Shown here: positions 34,489 to 42,401 of the stretch, in pieces
How the letters are laid out: each line of letters starts with the position of its first letter
How positions within the stretch are numbered: the first letter of the stretch is position 1
Assembly: GCA_018221125.1 (NCBI GenBank)
Contig: JAAOYC010000036.1
Span: 1 to 49,230, forward strand
Origin: Candidatus Woesearchaeota archaeon
Lineage (GTDB): Archaea; Nanobdellota; Nanobdellia; Woesearchaeales; WJKL01
Length of the DNA: 49,230 nt
Direction of reading: 5' to 3'
The notes under the pieces: model-generated
The model's database searches: none
What the model saw: the letters and a program-made list of their open reading frames with translations, nothing else
Told to the model about the DNA's origin: nothing
Program-made: the position numbers and the translations under genes

Positions 34489-34510
34489 GATAGTGTAGAA
34501 GTTACATTAA
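34489..34510. promoter_or_regulatory. 22-nt box GATAGTGTAGAAGTTACATTAA (contains TGTA-N5-TACA) at the nrtR start
   Basis: Lies between the nrtR TATA (about 34511-34520, minus strand) and its ATG; in the divergent region shared with the gene at 34574. Confidence 0.5.
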
Positions 34511-34573
34511 TATTTAAACTTAACTGAAAAATCCATCAGGTTTAAAAACAGCCTTGATTATAATTTATTGAGA

Positions 34574-35632
34574 ATGACTAAAATATTCAAACCAAAAGAT
34601 GTAATAAAGTATGCTGAAACAAGGCTTTTTGGCAGTAATGTTGCTGCTAATGATGTTAGAAGCATTGAATTACATACTGCAGTATTGCCTTCTCAGCTTC
34701 TTGAAAATGTATTAAAAGAAGGTTTTGAGGAAGTTGAGCAGGAGAATGGTCGTGAACCAATTTTTTTCAAAGAAGGAACTTTGTATATCCCTCAATACAG
34801 TGGATTTGGAAGGGGAACAAGATATGAAGAGATGATTAAGGCATATATTGAGGCAAGCGGAAAGAATATTAAATTTACAGAACGTTTTCCTGAAGATGAT
34901 ACAAGAAAAACATATCTTTATAGTTATTTTGCATATGATCTGGTAAAAAGATTGTTTCTTAAAGAGGGGATGGATACTATTAATACAATAATATTTGGAC
35001 CTGTTGATGCTATAGCTAAACAAGCCAATGTTGTTAAGAAAGCAAATAATGAATATCTTCCTTTCCAATATCTGTATATTAATGATGGGTTTGTTTTGAA
35101 TCTAAGTTATGTTTATGCTGACCAGGCTGGAACTCTGATTGAAAAAATAATGCATGAATACAATGCAATGTATAAAAAAGATGGAAAAGACAGAGAAATA
35201 AATTTCCTGATGTTTGGAAGAGTTGGCGGACTGGCAGATGGATTAAAAAGACATGATCTAGTTTATCCAACAGGAGTAATCAGTGAGGTTGATTTGAAAA
35301 AAGCATCAGGATTGGTCCTTCCTTTTGAAAATGTTCTTGCGCAAGGAGAAAACCAGGGGCTTAATTTCAATCCAGTCAGTATTGTAAATGAAGAGTATGA
35401 GACTCTTGAAGAAGCTAAGAACAAAGGATCTATTTGCGTTGAAAAGGAATTAAAGAAATCTGTCTCTGCTATAAGCGAAGCTAATGAAAACTATGCAGGG
35501 CATGTTATTGGAAGATTTGGCTTTGTAGGTTATGTTTCTGATTTGCCTTTGAAAGGAGATAATCTGGCAACAGAATTAGATTCTGACAAAGGAGAGCAGG
35601 ATGCTGTAAAGAAGATTATTGAGAATATCTAA
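34574..35632 (+). CDS. hypothetical protein, C-terminal half weakly nucleoside-phosphorylase-like (PNP/UDP superfamily)
   Basis: FLMFGRVGGLADGLKRHDLVYPTG and CVEKE...VGYVSDLP resemble the RxGxxGG and E(M)E...SD motifs; weak, by eye only. Confidence 0.4.
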   Translation: MTKIFKPKDVIKYAETRLFGSNVAANDVRSIELHTAVLPSQLLENVLKEGFEEVEQENGREPIFFKEGTLYIPQYSGFGRGTRYEEMIKAYIEASGKNIKFTERFPEDDTRKTYLYSYFAYDLVKRLFLKEGMDTINTIIFGPVDAIAKQANVVKKANNEYLPFQYLYINDGFVLNLSYVYADQAGTLIEKIMHEYNAMYKKDGKDREINFLMFGRVGGLADGLKRHDLVYPTGVISEVDLKKASGLVLPFENVLAQGENQGLNFNPVSIVNEEYETLEEAKNKGSICVEKELKKSVSAISEANENYAGHVIGRFGFVGYVSDLPLKGDNLATELDSDKGEQDAVKKIIENI

Positions 35633-35693
35633 GGTTTAATTAATTCTGGGTATTTCACCAACATTTAAAAAGCCTCTTACTTTTTGTTTTCTT

Positions 35694-36257
35694 ATGGAGT
35701 GCCAACATTGTGGGATGTGCTGCGGGGATAATAGAATCAATATTAACCTGACAGTTGGAGACATATGGAGGATCTGCAGCCACTTGAAAATTTCTGTTGA
35801 TAAGTTTTTTGAAAACTATTCAGGGTTTAAGAAGTTTGGAGACCCAAGAAATCCTGATGTTTTTGATGTTGACTTAGGACTGAATATGCCCTGCAAATTC
35901 TGGGTTGATAACAGATGCTCTATCTATTCAGCAAGGCCTGTCAACTGCAGGATATTTCCTTACTGGCTTCTTGCATCTGTTCCTGATGAACAAGTAAAAG
36001 ATATTCTGCATTATAAGTGCAAGTATGACTTAAGCAAAAAAAAGATGTACAAGAAATACCAGGATGCAATTGGCAAGGTTTTAATGGAAGAGTCCAAATG
36101 GTTTGATGTTGACAAGCAGATTGGAAATGAAGAGATTAAGGATAAAGTTCCTATTGAAGAGATTAGAGAGATAATTGCAAAAAAGTTAAACAAGATAGGC
36201 AGGCATAGCAAAGATATAGAAGATGCTGAAAGAATTCTAAAAAAGAAAGATTTATAA
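35694..36257 (+). CDS. YkgJ/UPF0153-type cysteine-cluster protein
   Basis: CQHCGMCCG at the N-terminus and CKFWVDNRCSIYSARPVNCRIFPY. Confidence 0.65.
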   Translation: MECQHCGMCCGDNRININLTVGDIWRICSHLKISVDKFFENYSGFKKFGDPRNPDVFDVDLGLNMPCKFWVDNRCSIYSARPVNCRIFPYWLLASVPDEQVKDILHYKCKYDLSKKKMYKKYQDAIGKVLMEESKWFDVDKQIGNEEIKDKVPIEEIREIIAKKLNKIGRHSKDIEDAERILKKKDL

Positions 36258-36296
36258 ATGTTAATATCATATTAATACCATATATAGGTGATGTTA

Positions 36297-36539
36297 ATGG
36301 TACAAGCTATAATAAATATAAATGAACGGGCAAATAGGATCTTGAATATTGTGAAAGCTAAATTTGGACTTAGAGACAAAAGCGAAGCTATTGAGATGAT
36401 GGCTAATCAGTATGAAGAGGAAGTTCTTGAACCTGAATTGAGACCTGAATATATTGAAAAGATTCAGAAGATAAAGAAACAGAAGAAGATTAAAATCGGA
36501 ACTATTAAAGATTTCGAAAAGCGTTTTGGATTAAACTAA
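36297..36539 (+). CDS. putative antitoxin of a RelE-type module
   Basis: Paralog of 43596-43853 (NERANRILNIVKAKFGLRDKSEAIEMM versus SDYANRVLGVIKEKYGLKDKSEAIDKF); GGTGA Shine-Dalgarno; 1-nt gap to the toxin gene. Confidence 0.6.
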   Translation: MVQAIININERANRILNIVKAKFGLRDKSEAIEMMANQYEEEVLEPELRPEYIEKIQKIKKQKKIKIGTIKDFEKRFGLN

Positions 36540-36540
36540 G

Positions 36541-36804
36541 ATGTATAAATTAGAAACAGATGAAGTTTTGTATAAAAAATTCTCTAAATTATCAAAGAAG
36601 AATAAGAAACAACTTAAAATAATCCGTGATAAGGTTATAGAAATTCTTAAAAATCCTCATAGATACAAAAATCTAAGGCATGATATGAAAGATTATAAAA
36701 GAGTTCATATCGATAAACATTTTGTTCTAGTCTTTTCAATTGATGAAACTTCTAAAACAGTAACTTTAGAAGATTATGACCATCATGATAAAATATATAA
36801 GTGA
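36541..36804 (+). CDS. relE: RelE/ParE-superfamily toxin (archaeal RelE-like)
   Basis: 87 aa; NLRHDMKDYKRVHIDKHFVLVFSIDETSKTVTLEDYDHHDKIY fits the RelE C-terminal pattern. Confidence 0.7.
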   Translation: MYKLETDEVLYKKFSKLSKKNKKQLKIIRDKVIEILKNPHRYKNLRHDMKDYKRVHIDKHFVLVFSIDETSKTVTLEDYDHHDKIYK

Positions 36805-36810
36805 TATCTT

Positions 36811-37176
36811 ATGAAATCAGTAATGGTGTTTGGAACATTTGATATCCTGCATAAAGGGCATCTGAGTCTTTTTTCTCAAGCTAAAAGATATGGAGATTAT
36901 CTGATTGCAGTTGTTGCCAGGGATAAGACAGTTGAAAAAGTTAAAGGCCGGAAGCCAAGAAATAATGAAAAGAAACGTTTGAAAGAGGTTTCTAAATATG
37001 CTGACAAAGCTATCTTGGGATATATCTATGATAAACAAAAGATTGTTAAGAAGTATAAACCAAATGTCATCTGCTTAGGATATGACCAAAAGGATTTCAT
37101 TGATGGATTGAAATTCAAGAGATTGAAAGCATATAAGCCGCATAAGTATAAAAGTTCTAAATTACATCTCTTCTAG
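36811..37176 (+). CDS. ribL: cytidylyltransferase-fold FMN adenylyltransferase (RibL-like)
   Basis: VMVFGTFDILHKGHLSLF...LIAVVARDKTVEKVKGRKPRNNEKKRL...ADKAILG. Confidence 0.75.
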   Translation: MKSVMVFGTFDILHKGHLSLFSQAKRYGDYLIAVVARDKTVEKVKGRKPRNNEKKRLKEVSKYADKAILGYIYDKQKIVKKYKPNVICLGYDQKDFIDGLKFKRLKAYKPHKYKSSKLHLF

Positions 37177-37719
37177 AATATTTTTTTTAGAATAATCTGC
37201 ATTATTTGTCTTTAATATCTCTTCAAATACAGCTGAATTTTCTATTGGGATCTTGACAGCACCATTTACTAATCTTATCCCGTTTAATTCATCTAGCACT
37301 CCTCTTGTCCCTCTTCCTGCAAGTATATAATTAAATTTGACTTTTTGAGCATGGCTTAGTCTTTTTAGATTATACCAAAATAATGTAAATGCTCTAAAAC
37401 CAAGTGTTTCGCTGAATCTCTTTCTATTGAATGCACTTATTCCCTCTAATAAAACACCTGTTCTTGCGAGAAAAGAAGATGAAAAAAAATCTTTAAGCAG
37501 CATCTGCTTTATATCTATATTTCCTATCTTCTTTAATTTTGATTTTATTCTTTGTATCTTATCAAGCCTTTCTTTTAGAGAACCTTCTAAGAAAATAACC
37601 ATTATATCTATATCTCTTGCTTCTGATTTTCCTTTTACAGCAGAGCCGTAAATGACAATATCAAATATTGTTTTGTCTTTTTTCTCAGATTCCAAGTGTT
37701 TTTTTAATCTTTTCAGCAT
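37162..37719 (-). CDS. minimal nucleotidyltransferase (MNT) domain protein
   Basis: IFDIVIYGSAVKGKSEARDIDIMVIF (GS...DxD). Confidence 0.75.
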   Translation of the reverse strand: MLKRLKKHLESEKKDKTIFDIVIYGSAVKGKSEARDIDIMVIFLEGSLKERLDKIQRIKSKLKKIGNIDIKQMLLKDFFSSSFLARTGVLLEGISAFNRKRFSETLGFRAFTLFWYNLKRLSHAQKVKFNYILAGRGTRGVLDELNGIRLVNGAVKIPIENSAVFEEILKTNNADYSKKNILEEM

Positions 37720-38023
37720 CTTCTTTTAATAATTCAGCAGTTTCTTTGTCCATCCTTTGAGTGTAGCTGTCTTGATAGAAAGGAAAATCCCTGTCTGCAA
37801 TATTGTAAATCTCTTTATGTTTTTCTTCCAGTACTCTAAATCTGTTTGAGTGTGAAGATGGAATAAAACCTTCTTTTCTTAATATCAGAAGATCACATAA
37901 AGCAGCTATTGCTTTGAAGAATAATGTTGTTGCTGTGTTGTATTTTTCTTTATTGAACGCTTCTTTTCCAAGATCATAATATTCTTCGAAGTTTTCTATC
38001 AAAATCTGCTCTTTTTCATCCAT
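37685..38023 (-). CDS. HEPN-like domain protein
   Basis: YYDLGKEAFNKEKYNTATTLFFKAIAALCDLLILRKEGFIPSSHSNRF helical pattern; overlaps the downstream MNT gene by 35 nt. Confidence 0.6.
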   Translation of the reverse strand: MDEKEQILIENFEEYYDLGKEAFNKEKYNTATTLFFKAIAALCDLLILRKEGFIPSSHSNRFRVLEEKHKEIYNIADRDFPFYQDSYTQRMDKETAELLKEDAEKIKKTLGI

Positions 38024-38025
38024 GA

Positions 38026-38118
38026 TGTAATATACAACGTAGAACTACTATTTAAATGTTTTGGTTGTATTGTACAACAATATAGGTTGAGATGAGTTGA
38101 TTTGATGTATTGTACAAC
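38026..38118. promoter_or_regulatory. three TGTAWTRTACAAC boxes phased exactly 40 bp apart (38026, 38066, 38106)
   Basis: tgtaatatacaac, tgtattgtacaac, tgtattgtacaac; they flank the minus-strand TATA at 38048-58 of the HEPN-MNT operon. Confidence 0.55.
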
Positions 38119-38174
38119 AGATATTATAATCCAGAGACATAAACTTTTTAAAGAATTCTGCAAGATTATTTTAT

Positions 38175-38498
38175 ATGGCGCAAATAAATCTTGAGACTAT
38201 TATGAAAGAAAAGTTTTCTGATGAAGAGAAAGCACAAAGAGACATATTAATAGGAGATCAGAAAGAAGTATGTGAAAAATTATTCAAGGATTGTGCTTTT
38301 TATGATGTGTGGATTCAAGAGCTTGAAGAGTGTAAGAAATTAAATACACTTGAAGAATATAACGAAAGACTTCAAAGCCTGAGTTTTGAACGCTGCAAAA
38401 AGCGGGCTTTCGGAGAAGATTCTGCTGAGATAAGTGAAAGGATTATACAAATAGATGCGGTTTATAGAAAGCTATTAGACCTCAAGAGTGCTTATTAA
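38175..38498 (+). CDS. hypothetical protein
   Basis: 107-aa ORF; TATA-like ctttttaaag about 25 nt upstream. Confidence 0.55.
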   Translation: MAQINLETIMKEKFSDEEKAQRDILIGDQKEVCEKLFKDCAFYDVWIQELEECKKLNTLEEYNERLQSLSFERCKKRAFGEDSAEISERIIQIDAVYRKLLDLKSAY

Positions 38499-38772
38499 TT
38501 ACTTCTTCTAAAGGTTCTATTCTTTCATTTGGAGGCGCTTTTCTGTCTGTATAAGAACAAGTGTTATTTTCATCTCTTGTACAAGGATAGTAAGGAGCAG
38601 AGCATTTATCTTTATTTCCCCTGTATCTGCAGCCTAATCCATATTCCCTCTCTGACTGCCTTAGACTTCTTTGCCAATCTGCAAATTTTTCAAATGTAGG
38701 GTATTGATCTAGAAATTCCTGTTTTCTGCGTTGTTCTTCTTCAAAACCAGGTTTTTTAAATATGAATCCCAT
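38482..38772 (-). CDS. hypothetical protein
   Basis: 96-aa ORF, several Cys (GCRYRGNKDKCSAPYYPCTRDENNTC). Confidence 0.5.
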   Translation of the reverse strand: MGFIFKKPGFEEEQRRKQEFLDQYPTFEKFADWQRSLRQSEREYGLGCRYRGNKDKCSAPYYPCTRDENNTCSYTDRKAPPNERIEPLEEVINKHS

Positions 38773-38840
38773 TATTTCCTCTGATTTGAGTATAATCTCA
38801 ATATATTTAAGTTATTTGAATACTACTCAAAAGTAGTCAA

Positions 38841-38860
38841 AAACCGAAAGGTTTATAAAG
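38841..38860 (+). promoter_or_regulatory. BRE+TATA promoter (AAACCGAAAGGTTTATAAAG) of tfb
   Basis: About 30 nt upstream of the ATG at 38890. Confidence 0.65.
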
Positions 38861-38889
38861 AAGTTGTTTCTTATATATATAAAAAGGTT

Positions 38890-39855
38890 ATGGGTTTTTT
38901 CTGTAGTTGTTTTGAGTACTATAAAGCTTACTCGAGGTTATGCAAAATGGTTGTTGAAACAATAAAAAAATGTCCGGAATGCGGAGATGCTAAATTCTTT
39001 GCAAATAAGAAGAAAGGAGAAGTTATCTGCAAAAGCTGCGGTTTTGTTGTAGAAGATTTTCTAGTTGATTTTGGAAAAGAGAGGATGATAGGTGAAGAAG
39101 ATTTTGCTAAGAAGAGCAGAACAGGAGCTCCTTATGATCCGAGAGTTGCAAATGGATTGATGACAGAAGTTGGAAATTATGCTGATCTGAAGAATCTTCC
39201 TAAGAAAACAAGGATGCTTATGAACAGGATAAGGCAGAAAAACAGATGGACAAGCTCTGCATTAGAGCATAATCTGAATACTAATCTGTCTAATCTGAAA
39301 TTAATTGCTTCTCAGCTTAAATTGCCTGACAGCATTGAGAAAGAAGCAGCTAGAATATACAGAGAATGCGCTGAAAAAGGCTTAACAAGAGCAAGAGCTA
39401 ATGATAGCATTATAGCAGCTGTTGTTTTCTTGTCTTCAAAGCTTCATGCAATGCCAAAAACTTTGAATGAAGTAGCTAATGCTTCTAAATTGAACAAGTT
39501 TGACATTGCAAGAACCTATAAGATGGTTATAAGGAGATTAGGGATTAAAGTAATGCAAAGTAATCCAATTGATTTCATAGCAAGATTTGCCTCTGAACTA
39601 AACTTAGGAGCAAAAACACAGACTCAGGCAGTTAAATTGCTTGAAAAGATACAGAAAATAGGAATTGATTCTGGTAAAAGCCCAACATCTTTGGCAGCTA
39701 CAACTTTGTATATCTCTGCTTTGATGAACAAAGTAAAGGTTACACAGAAATCAATAGCTGAAACAGCTGGAATTACTGAAACAACTTTAAGACAGAGAAC
39801 AAAGGAAATGCTTAATAAGTTAGGAATCAACAAGAAAGATATAAAGAAGAAATAA
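38890..39855 (+). CDS. tfb: transcription initiation factor IIB (TFB)
   Basis: Zinc ribbon CPECGDAKF...CKSCGFV, B-linker, two cyclin-fold repeats; alternative start MVVETIKKCPECG at 38947. Confidence 0.9.
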   Translation: MGFFCSCFEYYKAYSRLCKMVVETIKKCPECGDAKFFANKKKGEVICKSCGFVVEDFLVDFGKERMIGEEDFAKKSRTGAPYDPRVANGLMTEVGNYADLKNLPKKTRMLMNRIRQKNRWTSSALEHNLNTNLSNLKLIASQLKLPDSIEKEAARIYRECAEKGLTRARANDSIIAAVVFLSSKLHAMPKTLNEVANASKLNKFDIARTYKMVIRRLGIKVMQSNPIDFIARFASELNLGAKTQTQAVKLLEKIQKIGIDSGKSPTSLAATTLYISALMNKVKVTQKSIAETAGITETTLRQRTKEMLNKLGINKKDIKKK

Positions 39856-39869
39856 AAGGTGAATAGAAA

Positions 39870-40310
39870 ATGATGCATTTAGACGATCACGAAAAATTAA
39901 GAACACAGGATGTTCCTTATACTGAATTAGTTATGGATTATGTAAGGAGCAAAGGACTGGCTGTAAGATTAGGCGGTTCAGCAGCAGAAGGTAATATTGA
40001 TTATAATGATGTTGATATCTTAGCAATAGGATTAAATAAAGACGTCTTAAAGGCAGTAAGAGGGCTTGAAAGATTAGTAAAAACTAAGCCTTTGCCAAAA
40101 AAAACTAATGATGGAGTGTCAATAAGAGTAGATCGTGTTGGCCAAAATGAGAAATACTTAAATGATAATGTAGACCATAGGTACAATATTAAGATTGGAA
40201 GTACTGATATTGACTTATGTCTAAAATGTGTTACACTAGATAATGCACTTGAGGTTTATGCAAGTAAGATGTTAGAACAAAAAATGACAAGGGCGGGTGG
40301 AAATGAGTGA
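39870..40310 (+). CDS. minimal nucleotidyltransferase-fold protein (operon gene A)
   Basis: VRLGGSAAEGNIDYNDVDILAIG (GS...DxD) and a later TDIDLCL acidic position. Confidence 0.6.
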   Translation: MMHLDDHEKLRTQDVPYTELVMDYVRSKGLAVRLGGSAAEGNIDYNDVDILAIGLNKDVLKAVRGLERLVKTKPLPKKTNDGVSIRVDRVGQNEKYLNDNVDHRYNIKIGSTDIDLCLKCVTLDNALEVYASKMLEQKMTRAGGNE

Positions 40311-40632
40311 AGATACTAAAAGCATGCTGGAACATTATTTTGTCAAATATGTAGTTGGATTGAAAACAATAGAAGAGATGTCTGGTCCTGATGTATGGAA
40401 TTCTGAAATTTCTAGAAATCAGGTAAAAAAAAGTAAGAAAGAATTTACAGGAGCAGTGAAAGCTATATTAAAAGGATTAGAAGAGGGTGTTGTTGAAGTT
40501 GGAGGCGGAGTTGAAAAGCTGCAGCTTGAAGATGTATTAAGATTTTCTGAAGATAATGATTGGTTTAAAACAGAAACACTAACAGGATTGTATAAAGTAT
40601 ATAATTGTGCTACTGGAGAGAATTATAAATAA
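40303..40632 (+). CDS. hypothetical protein (operon gene B)
   Basis: ATG at 40303 overlaps the end of gene A by 8 nt. Confidence 0.55.
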   Translation: MSEDTKSMLEHYFVKYVVGLKTIEEMSGPDVWNSEISRNQVKKSKKEFTGAVKAILKGLEEGVVEVGGGVEKLQLEDVLRFSEDNDWFKTETLTGLYKVYNCATGENYK

Positions 40633-40644
40633 AGGTGATAGAAA

Positions 40645-41160
40645 ATGACAGATGAAAAATCAAAACAAGAACCATCAGGAGAGAGGCTTCCAGAAAGAGG
40701 TCTGGCTTTATGCATGCATGATGGAGAAATATATGAAACAGGAAGAAGTGTAGAACCAGGAAGAGTTCTGGCTTTATGTTTTCATGAAGGGGTATGGTGT
40801 GGAAAAGAATATAAGCTAAATGAAGATTTCTATGCTGTAGCTGAAAAACCAAGAGATGATCTTAAAGACTTAGTTAATAAAAAAGAAGAACCAACTCCAA
40901 GACAAAAACAAATTGAAATGATAGTAACAAATGGGTTAGGTTATGATTCCAGAACAACATATCAAGAAAAAAATCCAGATTTGTTTTTTAGCCCTGGTTT
41001 GTTAGGTGATTCTGATATCAAGAATACTCATGAAGGATTACACGCCCATCTGGCAGAAATGGAACATAGAGTTGATCCTAATAAAGTTTCAGAAAAAGTT
41101 GTTGATTTATACAGGGAATTGGCAGTTATGACCTATTTTTATGGAGAAGGACTCTTATAA
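40645..41160 (+). CDS. hypothetical protein carrying two ALCxHxGE-type units (operon gene C)
   Basis: GLALCMHDGEIYETG and VLALCFHEGVWCG resemble the repeat core of the five paralogs at 44258-48463. Confidence 0.6.
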   Translation: MTDEKSKQEPSGERLPERGLALCMHDGEIYETGRSVEPGRVLALCFHEGVWCGKEYKLNEDFYAVAEKPRDDLKDLVNKKEEPTPRQKQIEMIVTNGLGYDSRTTYQEKNPDLFFSPGLLGDSDIKNTHEGLHAHLAEMEHRVDPNKVSEKVVDLYRELAVMTYFYGEGLL

Positions 41161-41177
41161 ATAAAGGTGAATGAAGA

Positions 41178-41597
41178 ATGACAGAATATGAGGGATTTGA
41201 TGTAGGAGATATAACAAAATTAAAAGAACAAGATAGACTTTATGTTGATGATTTACTTTGCGCTTTAATTGGTGCAAGTTTACATGTAGGGCTTGTTGAA
41301 CAAACAGCTAAAAGAGAACCTCGTGATTATGTTAGCATATTAGCAGTAGGGTATGGAAAAGCTATTATGGAAGCATTATATGGTGCACTTAGACTTGATG
41401 AGACTGCTGGTAAAGTGGCTTTTGATGGATCAGAATATAATATAGAAGAAATTAACCCAGTATCTGAAGATTTAGCAATGGATTTAAATTTAGGATATAA
41501 AATCCAAATTAATGACACTAAAATAAAGCTATATATAAAAGAAGTTACTTCGGATGAATTATATAAAACCTATTTAGAGAGTATTTTAGACGAATAA
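41178..41597 (+). CDS. degenerate (predicted inactive) paralog of the gene A nucleotidyltransferase (operon gene D)
   Basis: ALIGASLHVG...RDYVSILAVGYGKAIMEA aligns with RLGGSAAEG...NDVDILAIGLNKDVLKA; the acidic residues are replaced (DVD to YVS, DID to KIK). Confidence 0.55.
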   Translation: MTEYEGFDVGDITKLKEQDRLYVDDLLCALIGASLHVGLVEQTAKREPRDYVSILAVGYGKAIMEALYGALRLDETAGKVAFDGSEYNIEEINPVSEDLAMDLNLGYKIQINDTKIKLYIKEVTSDELYKTYLESILDE

Positions 41598-41610
41598 AGG
41601 TGAATAAAAA

Positions 41611-41760
41611 ATGGTAGAAGATAAAATAAAACAAGAACCTGTGCCTAAAGATCCAAGGCTAGAAGATATTATGAAAAGAATATTAATGAGACCTGATAAA
41701 GGCCTGTTAACTGATTCAGAAAGGCCTTATGGACAGCATAAAAAAGAGTATAATAAATAG
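41611..41760 (+). CDS. possible 49-aa protein (operon gene E), absent from the ORF track
   Basis: AAGGTGAATAAAAAATG junction identical in style to its neighbours; MVEDKIKQEPVPKDPRLEDIMKRILMRPDKGLLTDSERPYGQHKKEYNK. Confidence 0.5.
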   Translation: MVEDKIKQEPVPKDPRLEDIMKRILMRPDKGLLTDSERPYGQHKKEYNK

Positions 41761-41774
41761 TAGTGAACAATAAA

Positions 41775-42035
41775 ATGGAAATAAAAAGAACAGAAATAAC
41801 AACAGAAGGATTAAGCCCTGTTGAAAAGGCTGCAACTAGTATGGATAGTATTCAATACGACTTTACTCCAGCTCCAGAAAGTTCAGCTGACCAAGCGTTC
41901 CTAAAAACACTTGATGCATTGTTATTAAATATACCTTATAGCGTTGCAAGGTCTGAGAAAACTACTGTTCAGAATAATCAAGGGGGATATAAACATTATA
42001 TTGTAACAATCAAATTTACTGGAGAAGGTGAATAA
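41775..42035 (+). CDS. hypothetical protein (operon gene F)
   Basis: First ATG of the 41763 ORF; ends ...TGEGE with its stop inside GGTGAATAA. Confidence 0.55.
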   Translation: MEIKRTEITTEGLSPVEKAATSMDSIQYDFTPAPESSADQAFLKTLDALLLNIPYSVARSEKTTVQNNQGGYKHYIVTIKFTGEGE

Positions 42036-42039
42036 GAAA

Positions 42040-42396
42040 ATGAATGCAAAAGAAATGTATGATGCAGCAACTGGATTTGTTAGAGATACAGTAGCTGAAG
42101 CTGCTCTTAGAATTATGTTATTCAGACCTGGTGGATTAGATGTTGCAGTTGTTGATGCACAATTACCATTAAGACCAGAAACTGAAAAACATCCATTGCA
42201 TGATATAGACTATCCTGATTCTTTTCTAGGAGATTTGGTAATGATTGGTGATTTTGATGATAAAATTGACTATTATGATTCATACTCTTCAGACCACATA
42301 AACTTTCTTCCTCTTCCAGGATTTGAAAATTATACCTTTAATAAGGAAAGATTCTCAAGCCTATTAGATGGTTATTTAGGAGAAGAAGGTGAATAA
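42040..42396 (+). CDS. hypothetical protein (operon gene G)
   Basis: ATG 8 nt after GGTGA; ends ...GEEGE with its stop inside GGTGAATAA. Confidence 0.55.
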   Translation: MNAKEMYDAATGFVRDTVAEAALRIMLFRPGGLDVAVVDAQLPLRPETEKHPLHDIDYPDSFLGDLVMIGDFDDKIDYYDSYSSDHINFLPLPGFENYTFNKERFSSLLDGYLGEEGE

Positions 42397-42401
42397 AGAA
42401 A

